A stretch of DNA of 64,000 nucleotides from Alphaproteobacteria bacterium UBA6149 (GCA_002423155.1 DIUV01000044.1:62278-126277), one strand, 5' to 3'; positions 38,073 through 47,174 are shown, counted from the first letter of the stretch. Made by a program: numbers and translations. Notes: generated by a model from the letters alone, not told the origin.

Positions 38073-38663
38073 CTATTTGTTTTTGAGCATTTTTTCAACA
38101 TAGCGTGCAAGCATATCAATCTCAAGGTTTAAGCTTTCCCCCAGTTGTTTTTCTGCCAGATTAGTCTGCGCTAAACTATGGGGAATCAGCATGATGCCGA
38201 ATTGCTGGTTTTCTGTATGAGTTACGGTTAGCGAAACGCCATTTAGGGTAACCGAGCCTTTTTCCGTAATAAAAACAGCTAATTCAGGCGGATATTCAAG
38301 CATTATCCGCAGGCAATCCCCCACTTCTTCGCGCGTTTTTATGGTGGCAATGCCATCCACATGCCCACTAACCAAGTGCCCCCCCAACTCATCCCCCATA
38401 CGGAGCGCGCGTTCTAAGTTGATTTTTTGCCCAATTTTCCAGTTGTTTAAGTTGGTGCAGCTTAAAGTTTGCACGGAAACATCGACCAAAAATGCATTAT
38501 GTTCTTTGTGAGTAACCGTCAAACATACCCCATCACAAGCAATGGATGCACCTAAGGCAATGTTTTCTAAATCATAATTAGTGGCAATCGCAAAACTTTT
38601 ACGGGTTTCATGATTAATTATCTGGGTGATAGTGCCGAGATCGGAGATGATGCCTGTGAACAT
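38073..38663 (-). CDS. ribE: riboflavin synthase alpha chain
   Basis: MFTGII N-terminus and a duplicated GASIA.DGVCLTV / GSV.LNGVSLTV barrel. Confidence 0.92.
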   Translation of the reverse strand: MFTGIISDLGTITQIINHETRKSFAIATNYDLENIALGASIACDGVCLTVTHKEHNAFLVDVSVQTLSCTNLNNWKIGQKINLERALRMGDELGGHLVSGHVDGIATIKTREEVGDCLRIMLEYPPELAVFITEKGSVTLNGVSLTVTHTENQQFGIMLIPHSLAQTNLAEKQLGESLNLEIDMLARYVEKMLKNK

Positions 38664-38713
38664 TTTTTATTTTCCGCAAATATATTGAATAATAATTGTT
38701 TCGTGAGGTGTAA

Positions 38714-38813
38714 CTATCGTCATGCCGCCGTAGGGCGGTATCCATGCCTATCTGCTAGCTGCACAGCCAGTTGTTTGGCATGGATACCGCCCTGCGGCGG
38801 TATGACAATAGAG
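38714..38813. repeat. palindromic element family B, copy B1 (GTCATGCCGCCGTAGGGCGGTATCCATGCC arms)
   Basis: Inverted arms at 38714-38748 / 38779-38813, inside the ribD-ribE spacer. Further copies lie at 48798-48898 and 62116-62214. Confidence 0.85.
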
Positions 38814-38841
38814 AGTTTTTATGATTAAATCGCGTTACTTT

Positions 38842-39996
38842 TTATTCAATATTCTCTTGATTCTCTTGGTTGTTAATGTTGTGTAGGTTGCGATTTATAT
38901 CATATATCTCTAAACAATCTTCGCCAAGGGAAAGTTTTGCTTGGATTTTCCAACGTGCTCGCTTAGCAAGCGGTAAGTTTGCATCACCAATAAAAACCGG
39001 CAGACCATCCGCCCCCATTAATAATGGCGCACGATACCAATAGATCTGTTGGGCGATATTAGCGTTGATAGCGCTGGAGGTTATTTGGCTGCCCCCTTCG
39101 ATTAATAGGCGGTTTATGCCGCGCTTGGCTAGTTGCTGGGCGATTTCTTTTAGCTCTAAACTAGCTAGCGTGATTATTTCTATGCCGAGATTTTCTAGTT
39201 CGGCGCGTTTATGTTGGTCGGTTGATAAGCTGAAAATTATAGTCGGATAGGTTTTGGCCGTTTGCGCAATCTGGCTGTTTAGGGGGGTGCGTAATTGTGA
39301 ATCCAAAATCACGCGCACGGGTGAGGGCAGACCGTCTAAGCGGCAATTGAGCATGGGGTCGTCGGCTAATATTGTGCCAATACCAGTCAGAATTGCATCA
39401 TGCCGGGAGCGCAGCAAATGCACGTGCCGACGCGCTAATTCCCCAGTTATCCAGTTGCTTTCGCCGGTGCCGGTGGCGATGCGTCCGTCTAAGGAGCTGG
39501 CGATTTTTATATTTATCTCAGGCAGATTTTCCTGCATGCGGCGGAAAAATCCTGTGAGGGTAGGGTAGGCTTCAACACTTAAAAGCGGGGTGATTACTTC
39601 TATGCCTGCTTGTTGGAGCATCGCAGCACCTTTACCATTCACCAACGGGTTGGGGTCGGACAAGGCAAATACTACTTTAGCAACTTTGGCATCAATTAAA
39701 CTTTGTGCACAAGCCGGAGTTTTGCCCAGATGCGCACAAGGTTCTAAACTGACATAAACAGTAGCCTCAGCCGCATTTTCTCCTGCTTGGGCAAGCGCAA
39801 GACTTTCCGCATGCGGACGACCGCCATCGCCCGTGCGTGCGGTGGCAATTATTTGCCCATTTTTGACGATTACACAGCCAACCGAAGGGTTTTCACCTGT
39901 GCGTCCCAAGCCGCTTTGCGCAAGGCGGAGGGCTTGGCGGAGGAAATTGCTGTGCATAAGCTCTTTATTTATGGTTGGTTTATTCATCTCATCCAT
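38842..39996 (-). CDS. ribD: bifunctional riboflavin biosynthesis deaminase/reductase
   Basis: Deaminase HAE...PCAHLGKTPAC and a reductase C-terminal half. It also has a short Asn/Gln/Glu-rich C-terminal tail. Confidence 0.9.
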   Translation of the reverse strand: MDEMNKPTINKELMHSNFLRQALRLAQSGLGRTGENPSVGCVIVKNGQIIATARTGDGGRPHAESLALAQAGENAAEATVYVSLEPCAHLGKTPACAQSLIDAKVAKVVFALSDPNPLVNGKGAAMLQQAGIEVITPLLSVEAYPTLTGFFRRMQENLPEINIKIASSLDGRIATGTGESNWITGELARRHVHLLRSRHDAILTGIGTILADDPMLNCRLDGLPSPVRVILDSQLRTPLNSQIAQTAKTYPTIIFSLSTDQHKRAELENLGIEIITLASLELKEIAQQLAKRGINRLLIEGGSQITSSAINANIAQQIYWYRAPLLMGADGLPVFIGDANLPLAKRARWKIQAKLSLGEDCLEIYDINRNLHNINNQENQENIE

Positions 39997-40142
39997 TATT
40001 ATTTAACATTGTGTAGGGTTATGGTTTTATTATTCCAAAAGAGTATCAGGTGGCATGCTTAATGCTTTATTTACTAATTTAATGCTATATTGTAATATAA
40101 ATCTATATTTTTATAAGTAATACATAAATTAGGGCAATATCT

Positions 40143-42221
40143 ATGACGCAAATAATACGAGCAGTGAGCAAATTAGTTAGTTTTTTAAAAGTTACTAGCG
40201 AACCTCGCCATAAATTGCGTGCTGCGGGCTTTAGCTTAATTGAATTATCGGTGGTTTTGACCATTATTGGGGTTGTTACAGCGAGCGGATTGTCGATCGC
40301 GACGAGCTCATTGGAGCGTACCAAATACACTTCCAGCAAAGATAAAATGACTGAAGTGCTTGCGGCACTTAGCCGTTTTTATGCGTCTAATTACCGCTTG
40401 CCTTGCCCAGCAGATCCAGCGCTTGCTCCAGGTGCGGGTGGATATGGGCAGGAGATTTATAGCACGAACGGAACTACTGCAGGTTTATGTGATGCGGTTA
40501 CTACTCCTGCAAATACAGCTGCTGTGGGCGGAAGTACTAGACGGCACGTTACTTCTAATGATGCTCTGGGGGTGGCGCGGGATGCTTATGTGCGTCAGGG
40601 CTCATTGCCAACTCGTGCTTTGGGTATTGCAGATAATATGATGTATGATGAATATGGTTATAAATTCACCTATGTAGTGACGGAAGCTTTTACCACGGGA
40701 ACCTCATCTGCCCCAGCAAGTGCAACAGGAGCAATCACGGTTAATGATGGGTTGGGCAATAATCTTACTATTGTTGCCGAAATGGCGGTTATTTCGCACG
40801 GGAAGGACCATAAGGGAGCTTATAATAAAACTGGTACACAAACCAGTACTTGTGGAGCAAGCACTAATTTAGACGTAGAAAATTGTGACACGGAAGTTAA
40901 CGACGTTTGGTTGACCGACGCGCAATATAACGCAGGTACGGTGGCGGCGTCGTATTTCGATGATTTGATTAGATGGCAGGATAAAAATACGGTGATAGGC
41001 ACTTATGCGGCTAGTGGGAGCGGAAGCTCTGGTTCTAGTTCTAGTAGTAGCGGTAATTGCAATTATTATTTATTAACAACTAATAGATATGTTTATTTTC
41101 CTCCTGCTAGCAGTACTGTAACCTATCCCCTAACCGTGCGCATTGTAGCAATCGGTGGAGGTGGAGGAGACAACTACGGTGGCTCAGGTAATATTGTCGC
41201 TGTAACAGATAGCACAAATATTACAAACTCTGGACCATATTATGTAATGATAGGTGCTGGTGGAGTTGCTGCTTCTCAAACAGGTGGAGTTGGTGGAGCT
41301 GGTGGAACTGGTTATAAAAATGGTGGCGCAGGCGGTACGGGGGCTGCTCATGCTAGCAAAGAATTGGGCGGTGGCGGTGGCGGTGGATCTTCAGCCTTTG
41401 GAAGTTATAGTGCAGGCACTATTGGGACTCCGTTCATCGTAGCGGGTGGTGGTGGTGGTGGTGGCGGGTATGGTACTAATTATGAGGATTCCACAGGCGG
41501 TGGCGGTGGCGGTGGTGGAATAACTACAGGCAGTAATGGTGGAAATTATTCTGGCGTTAACGGTGGGAACGGAGGAAATGGAGGGTCTGCAGGTGTTTGG
41601 GCTGGATCAGGTGGTGGCGGTGGCGGTGGTGGTACAGGTAAACTAGGTACTGGTGGTACTGGTGGTAATGGTAATGGCGGCGGTGGCGGCGGCGGCGGTG
41701 GTGATGCTTGTTGTACTAACGGCGGTGGCGGCGGCGGCGGTGGTGGTTACGGTGGTGCTGGTGGAGTTTATTCTGGCGGTGGCGGTGGGTTTAATGGAGG
41801 AATTGGTGGTTCTCCTGTGACAGGAAGAGGAGGAGCAGGCGGCGGCGGCGGTGGGAATGGTACTGCTTGGGACGGCGGCGGTGGTGCTGGTGGAAATACC
41901 ACCACTGGCGGCGGTGGTGGAACATATAACGTCCCAGGTGGTATTATTGGCGTTGCTCCTGCTGGAGCTGGAAATGGGGGTAAGGGTGGTGGTGCTGGTG
42001 CGTCAGCTATTAATACCCCTGTGGCCACTTATGTAACTGGCAACTATAATGTAGGAGGTATAGATTTTAAATGTGCATCTTTTGTTGATAGCGGAATTAA
42101 AGGTTTTAGTATTACTCCTAAAGATGCGACTGCTACTACTGCCATAGGTAGAGCCTACTCTAGTGTTGGTGGTGGGTGGAGTGCGTCCTCTGGGGCTGTT
42201 TACATCGAATGGGATCAATAA
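40143..42221 (+). CDS. type IV pilin-like (prepilin N-terminal) protein with a giant glycine-rich C-terminal domain
   Basis: Prepilin motif G/FSLIELSVVLTIIGVV (Gly-1, Phe+1, Glu+5), a Ser/Gly linker, then about 290 aa dominated by Gly runs interrupted by short beta-like strands. The true start may be internal, because the leader from 40143 is 29 aa. Confidence 0.6.
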   Translation: MTQIIRAVSKLVSFLKVTSEPRHKLRAAGFSLIELSVVLTIIGVVTASGLSIATSSLERTKYTSSKDKMTEVLAALSRFYASNYRLPCPADPALAPGAGGYGQEIYSTNGTTAGLCDAVTTPANTAAVGGSTRRHVTSNDALGVARDAYVRQGSLPTRALGIADNMMYDEYGYKFTYVVTEAFTTGTSSAPASATGAITVNDGLGNNLTIVAEMAVISHGKDHKGAYNKTGTQTSTCGASTNLDVENCDTEVNDVWLTDAQYNAGTVAASYFDDLIRWQDKNTVIGTYAASGSGSSGSSSSSSGNCNYYLLTTNRYVYFPPASSTVTYPLTVRIVAIGGGGGDNYGGSGNIVAVTDSTNITNSGPYYVMIGAGGVAASQTGGVGGAGGTGYKNGGAGGTGAAHASKELGGGGGGGSSAFGSYSAGTIGTPFIVAGGGGGGGGYGTNYEDSTGGGGGGGGITTGSNGGNYSGVNGGNGGNGGSAGVWAGSGGGGGGGGTGKLGTGGTGGNGNGGGGGGGGGDACCTNGGGGGGGGGYGGAGGVYSGGGGGFNGGIGGSPVTGRGGAGGGGGGNGTAWDGGGGAGGNTTTGGGGGTYNVPGGIIGVAPAGAGNGGKGGGAGASAINTPVATYVTGNYNVGGIDFKCASFVDSGIKGFSITPKDATATTAIGRAYSSVGGGWSASSGAVYIEWDQ

Positions 42222-42233
42222 AAATTATTTGCT

Positions 42234-42266
42234 AAATGGGAGAGGCACACATCGCCTCTCCCATTT
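42234..42266. terminator. bidirectional intrinsic terminator between the pilin-like gene and hipA
   Basis: A perfect 13-bp stem (AAATGGGAGAGGC / GCCTCTCCCATTT) and 7-nt loop, flanked by A/T runs on both sides. Confidence 0.6.
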
Positions 42267-42268
42267 AT

Positions 42269-43492
42269 TTAACTGCAAATTACTTTGGCAACCAAGTTTT
42301 TCGATAGGTCGCTAACTCCAGCCATATCGGCAAATTCTGCCCAATTATTGATTGAGCTAATAACTTCATCAATAATCTTTTGTGCGCTAAAAACCCCAAA
42401 TTTCTCTGCCAGTTTTAGTAAATGTGCATGCGTGGGGTTTTTGCCTTCTCCCATGATGGTGGTGCAGTGTTCTCCGCCGGGGCCGTTGGAAAAGGTGAGG
42501 TCGTAAGCGGGGGCGCATTGCCAGTTTCCTTCTGCGCTCATTAAAAAACTGAAATTTTTGGCATGGTCATCGCGGTTATGGGCAAAAACATTGAAGGTGG
42601 CGAGGCGGAAGATTTTTTCTAGTTCTTGTATGTTATGTGTCAGTGCTAGCGTGGCACGCATTATTTGTTCATAATCCAAGGAGGGGAGGCGATGATCTGC
42701 GTTAATTAATCCTGCGATAGTGTGTATATGTACGCGCTGTTTTTGGTTTCTATCAAAACGCTGCACCCCAAAATATCCAGCTCCTTGAGGAGAAATGAAT
42801 AAATGGGTGGGCATCATCTCCAGTCCTGCGGCTTTTGCCATTAGGCTATAGGCATATTCTATGGCGCCGATGTCTTGAGGGTCATTACTGGAAGCAAATT
42901 TTATCATCCAATGTTCGTAATTATTGGGCAGATTGTTATTGCCAGAAATAAAGTGTTTTTTGTTGGAGCTAATGCCCACCATAATTTTGGGACGTGCACC
43001 CGCAGAGGAACCAGATAAGTCTAGTAGTTCATCAAATAGTGCCTCAGGTGCTCCTGCTAGCACGGCTTTGCTTGTTTGCGCTAGTTTGTCCAGGTTTATG
43101 GGTTCTGGCAATGTGTGGGTGCTATTATATGGCTCATATACTAGCGCACCCATGCCATGTTTGCCGACTTGGGCGAGGCGGTCGAGCGGGGTTAGTTGTT
43201 CGGGCATGATGCCGTTTTGGCGAACTTGTCTATCTAGTAATAAACGTCCCCAACCATCGGGAAGGCTATCGTTAAATACGCCAAATAATCCTTCAAATAC
43301 CAGGTTTTCGCAAGGGATAGCACCGATTTGCAAGGGGAGTTTAAAGGGGGAGATTTCTATTTTTGTTTTTATAAACTCTGGAGCATATTCAAAATAAATA
43401 CGGCGATTCGCCAGCGCCAGGCGACCAAGTTTTTGGGGATTGTTATTGCAATCTAAAAAAACATTTAAAGAATTAACCGGATGATATTTCAT
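42269..43492 (-). CDS. hipA: HipA-family serine/threonine kinase toxin
   Basis: HipA N-terminal coupling domain and the catalytic region NRDDHAKNFSF; 407 aa. Overlaps the upstream HTH gene by 4 bp. Confidence 0.85.
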   Translation of the reverse strand: MKYHPVNSLNVFLDCNNNPQKLGRLALANRRIYFEYAPEFIKTKIEISPFKLPLQIGAIPCENLVFEGLFGVFNDSLPDGWGRLLLDRQVRQNGIMPEQLTPLDRLAQVGKHGMGALVYEPYNSTHTLPEPINLDKLAQTSKAVLAGAPEALFDELLDLSGSSAGARPKIMVGISSNKKHFISGNNNLPNNYEHWMIKFASSNDPQDIGAIEYAYSLMAKAAGLEMMPTHLFISPQGAGYFGVQRFDRNQKQRVHIHTIAGLINADHRLPSLDYEQIMRATLALTHNIQELEKIFRLATFNVFAHNRDDHAKNFSFLMSAEGNWQCAPAYDLTFSNGPGGEHCTTIMGEGKNPTHAHLLKLAEKFGVFSAQKIIDEVISSINNWAEFADMAGVSDLSKNLVAKVICS

Positions 43493-43827
43493 TGTTTTCT
43501 CCCCCGCTTACGTATTTTGGGTTGCTTTAACAATTCATCTAGCGTGAGCGGGGTGGTGGGAGGTGGCGTGGTGAAAAGCAATTCAAATTCTTTTTCTGCG
43601 TGCAAGGCGATGGCGATTTTTAGTAGATGCGCCAAAGAAATTTTACCAGTATTTTCAAATAGTTTGATGCTGCCTAAGCTAACCCCAGATTTTTGCGCGA
43701 GGGCGGTTTGGGTAAGGTTCAGCACCAGCCGTTGCGCTTTAGCACGCCCAGAAATTTCTTGCAATAGCTCTAAGGGTGTTTTTATCATAACAGCTAATAT
43801 ATTATCCGCTAATGAGCAAAAAGTCAA
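43489..43827 (-). CDS. hipB: HipB-like XRE-family HTH antitoxin
   Basis: HTH LNLTQTALAQKSGVSLGSIKLFENTG; 112 aa; translationally coupled to hipA. Confidence 0.75.
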   Translation of the reverse strand: MTFCSLADNILAVMIKTPLELLQEISGRAKAQRLVLNLTQTALAQKSGVSLGSIKLFENTGKISLAHLLKIAIALHAEKEFELLFTTPPPTTPLTLDELLKQPKIRKRGRKQ

Positions 43828-43854
43828 TTAGTGGATAATATATTAGCTGTAATA

Positions 43855-44388
43855 TTATTTAAGTGGGGAAATAACCATCATCATTTGTTTGCCTTCTAGG
43901 CGGGGTTCTTGCTCTACCTTCATTACTGCGCTTAGTTGGGCGCGGACCTCGGCGAGTAATTTGATGCCTAGTTCTTGGTGAGCGATTTCGCGGCCACGGA
44001 AACGTAAGGTTAGTTTTACTTTGTCACCTTCTTCCAAGAATTTCATTACGCTGCGGATTTTTACTTCCAAATCGTGTTTTTCGATGGTGGGGCGTAATTT
44101 CACTTCTTTGATGGTGATTACTTTTTGATTTTTGCGTGCTTCATTTGCACGTTTTTGCAATGCGTATTTATATTTGCCATAATCCAGTACTTTACATACA
44201 GGTGGTTCAGCATTAGGGGAGATTTCGACGAGATCCATGCCAGCTAATTCAGCACGGCGGATGCCTTCATCTACAGAAACCACACCAATCATAGTTCCAT
44301 CGGCATCAACGAGGCGAATAGAATCAGCGCGAATTTGCCGATTTATTCTAGGTTCATCAGAACGCGGTTGTTGTACAGGAGGCTTCAC
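43855..44388 (-). CDS. infC: translation initiation factor IF-3
   Basis: INRQIRADSIRLVD...VCKVLDYGKYKY... pattern. The track start is GTG; the true non-canonical start was not resolved. Confidence 0.9.
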   Translation of the reverse strand: MKPPVQQPRSDEPRINRQIRADSIRLVDADGTMIGVVSVDEGIRRAELAGMDLVEISPNAEPPVCKVLDYGKYKYALQKRANEARKNQKVITIKEVKLRPTIEKHDLEVKIRSVMKFLEEGDKVKLTLRFRGREIAHQELGIKLLAEVRAQLSAVMKVEQEPRLEGKQMMMVISPLK

Positions 44389-44533
44389 CGCTTAACTCTC
44401 ATTATCATTAATTATCTTTCTATTGGTTTATCTTTGATTGGCTTAACCCAATTTTACTAGTTTTACCATATCAAGCTTAACAAATAGTGAAAAAACTTGG
44501 AAACTGCAAGTTTTTTTTGTTATCTTCCGTTGC

Positions 44534-45799
44534 TTATTCCTGTACTTCAATAAATTGACCGTCTTTTTGCACGCGCACTACTCTTTGAGGATAGGGGATA
44601 TTTATATTATGTTCTTTAAATTTATGCCAGATGGCAAACATTACATCGCTTTGTGGTTCTAATCGTCCATCGCGCATATTATCTACCCAAAAATAAAGTA
44701 CTAATTGAATAGAGTGATCGCCAAATTGGGTGATAAAGCAACTAGGTTGGGGGTTTTTTGAGCATTTGGGGTGTTCGTTAGCAGCCTCTAGCAGTAATTT
44801 CTTGGCGAGTTCTAAATCTGATTCGTAGGCAACCCCCACTTTTATTTCTGCGCGACCTTTGGCGTTAGAAAATGTCCAGTTAGTAACCCGTTGCGAAATA
44901 AATTCTTCATTAGGAATAAGAATATCTTTGCCATCTATCATTTCTACTCGAGTATAACGAGCAGAAGTCTGCCTTATATAGCCAAAAGTTCCGTCCGCTA
45001 GTTCAACTAAATCATCTACTTCAATGGATTTTTCAAATAATAAGATAATTCCGCTGACAAAGTTAGAGGTGATTTTTTGCAGTCCAAACCCCAAGCCCAC
45101 ACCCAATGCGCCCGAAAACACCGCCAGAGCGGTTAAATCAACCCCCAGCATATTTAGCACTATCAGCGCAACTACCAAGTATAAGACCGTCTGAAAGGCT
45201 TTTAAAATAAGTGTGCGGTTACTGGCGCGGATGGAGCGGACTCTTTTTAGCCATTTTTCAAACATATCATCAATAAAACGCGCCAACCAGAACAAGACCA
45301 TTAAGGCAATTACGGTTTTTAGCCCTTGAAAAATAGATAATTTGAACGAGCCAATACTAATAGAATATTTATCCAATAATTTGGCTAATGGTTCCCACAC
45401 GCCAAATAAATGCAATATAGTGATGGGAGAAATTACGACGAGAATAAACCAGCCCGCTACATTTTTGGAAGCGAGCAAACGCACGCAGCGTATGGCAAGC
45501 CAAGCAACCGCCATGCGCAGAGCAAAAGGCAAGGTGAGGCTGGGTTGCTCAATATAATCAGCAAATGCTAGCGCAAAGCCTAAGAAAATTACTGATAATA
45601 ACGGGGCAATTAAAATTGCGCCCCAGCGAGCGATCCGAAAAACCAGTTTTTTAGATTCTACGCGTACTAAACGACGCGCAACCAGCCTGCCCAATAATGC
45701 CCCTACCAGCAGCAATGACGCGCTGAATATTACATCCATAGGGTCAATTTGACTGATTATGTTGAGTAATTTGTCACCCATTTTTTCTAGCATATACAT
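44534..45799 (-). CDS. MscS-family mechanosensitive channel
   Basis: Multiple N-terminal TM helices, then the MscS core (FSGALGVGLGFGLQ..ISNFVSGIILLFE, IPN..F). The start is ambiguous (45799 or 45793). Confidence 0.8.
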   Translation of the reverse strand: MYMLEKMGDKLLNIISQIDPMDVIFSASLLLVGALLGRLVARRLVRVESKKLVFRIARWGAILIAPLLSVIFLGFALAFADYIEQPSLTLPFALRMAVAWLAIRCVRLLASKNVAGWFILVVISPITILHLFGVWEPLAKLLDKYSISIGSFKLSIFQGLKTVIALMVLFWLARFIDDMFEKWLKRVRSIRASNRTLILKAFQTVLYLVVALIVLNMLGVDLTALAVFSGALGVGLGFGLQKITSNFVSGIILLFEKSIEVDDLVELADGTFGYIRQTSARYTRVEMIDGKDILIPNEEFISQRVTNWTFSNAKGRAEIKVGVAYESDLELAKKLLLEAANEHPKCSKNPQPSCFITQFGDHSIQLVLYFWVDNMRDGRLEPQSDVMFAIWHKFKEHNINIPYPQRVVRVQKDGQFIEVQE

Positions 45800-45991
45800 T
45801 AGACTTGCCTAATTTCTCGTTGTATTGATTGCGCTTCAGTCGTTTCTTTCTGATAAAGCCCTGAGCGTTAAAAAAACATGGCTTAATGTCATGTTTTTAG
45901 GGAGGGGGCAGCGTAGCGGTGCTACGTGAGGACTCTGAAGAAGGAAAAACGACACAGATGCATTGCTACAATGAGAAATTAGGCAAGTCTA
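45800..45991. repeat. 192-bp MITE-like element with 25-bp terminal inverted repeats
   Basis: TAGACTTGCCTAATTTCTCGTTGTA (45800-45824) matches TACAATGAGAAATTAGGCAAGTCTA (45967-45991) at 24/25 positions. It has a GC-rich hairpin core. Confidence 0.8.
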
Positions 45992-45992
45992 T

Positions 45993-47174
45993 TTAAAAGT
46001 CCCTCAATAGAGCGCGTAGCCTTGGCTCGCGTAGCCATCCCGCTTCGCGATAGATTTTTATAGATAGGCTAGGGTCTGCGAGATGGTCTAAAAAACGTGC
46101 TAAGGTTTGGATTATATTTAAAGTTTCTTCCTCTGCCAAAGGAGTGGTTTTTTGGTTGCTGGCAACCATTAAGGCAAGTTTTACGGTGCTTAAGCGAATG
46201 GCTATTATACTGGCACGTTCAGTTAATGATTCGCCAAATCCCCCAAAAGGAAATAAAGCGGCAGCAAGCTGGGCAGTTATCCAGCGGCGTAATATTGGCT
46301 CAAAATCGGCTTCATTTTTTTGCCAGGCTTGTTCTATCTTTAGCCAGTTGCGGTAGCTATTATCCGAGGTGGTCATGGCAGTTCCGCTTGCCTGATGAAT
46401 TATGCTCGCGTCTAACGCGGTTGCTATATCGGCAATTATTCCGTCTAATTTTGGGCGTTTTATAGCGGGTTTGGTTGCCCCCACTAGTCCTGCAAGCGCA
46501 TGAAGAAGATTAAATGGATCGTCAGGAACTATTTCGGGGGTGGGTAAGCGTGCGGCGGCGTTTTTTAAATAAAATGCACTAGCCTCAGCCCAGTTGGCGA
46601 TTTCTATATGTTCTAATGACTGAGTTACTGAAAATATTTGTGCCATTATATTGGCAGAACTAAGCTCTTTTCTTTGGGTTATTTGTAAAAATTGCTGATG
46701 TATTTGCAACGCCGCATCTGCGGATAATTCGGGGGGTAAATAATTTTTCAGCGAGGAGGGCAGCCGCAAAATTTCAGACCCTTGGTGGGAAAAACTATTA
46801 TCTTCCGTAAGCGCCAGACGAGCTATTTCTGGGCAAGAAAGCGCCGCGGTCATTATGATATGTTCGCCGAGCGTAGAAGTAATCCGCGGAAAGAAATTAC
46901 AGGCATCGCCTAAAAAATCCGTGCCTTTATCTTGGTGAATCCCGCATAATCCGTTGCTAAATTTTACACAATAATCGGTAACATCGTCGCGTTTCATAAT
47001 ATGGGTTGTGCCATCAGAAACAACCGCATCTAATAATTCGGGCGCGTGCTCAACATATTTCTGGTAAATTTTCTCGTCCAACTGCATCCGCCAACCCTTG
47101 CAGCAAGTATCTGCGCATTTATCTCCCAAGCAGGAAAATTTTTCCAAGAAAGCGGATTGTTGGAGCGCTGACAT
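45993..47174 (-). CDS. fliB: FliB-like flagellin lysine-N-methylase (YkgJ-type Cys-rich protein)
   Basis: The N-terminal FSCLGDKCADTCCKGW motif matches my recollection of Salmonella FliB. Size is 393 aa and the context is flagellar. Confidence 0.6.
   Translation of the reverse strand: MSALQQSAFLEKFSCLGDKCADTCCKGWRMQLDEKIYQKYVEHAPELLDAVVSDGTTHIMKRDDVTDYCVKFSNGLCGIHQDKGTDFLGDACNFFPRITSTLGEHIIMTAALSCPEIARLALTEDNSFSHQGSEILRLPSSLKNYLPPELSADAALQIHQQFLQITQRKELSSANIMAQIFSVTQSLEHIEIANWAEASAFYLKNAAARLPTPEIVPDDPFNLLHALAGLVGATKPAIKRPKLDGIIADIATALDASIIHQASGTAMTTSDNSYRNWLKIEQAWQKNEADFEPILRRWITAQLAAALFPFGGFGESLTERASIIAIRLSTVKLALMVASNQKTTPLAEEETLNIIQTLARFLDHLADPSLSIKIYREAGWLREPRLRALLRDF

Noticed and set aside
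39997-40142. FMN riboswitch upstream of ribD
   Set aside because: The spacer is about 145 bp and very AT-rich. It has none of the conserved RFN-element GC-rich helices (e.g. GGAUAGUGAAAGC.. / ..CCGACGGU..).
41768-42028. 86-aa poly-proline ORF on the minus strand, plus other out-of-frame ORFs at 40360-40641, 41254-41442, 41851-42036 and 42003-42218
   Set aside because: These are mirror or frame artefacts of the GGN-rich glycine tracts (GGN reads as NCC = Pro on the opposite strand). None has independent start signals. The plus-strand frame with the pilin N-terminus is the coherent one.
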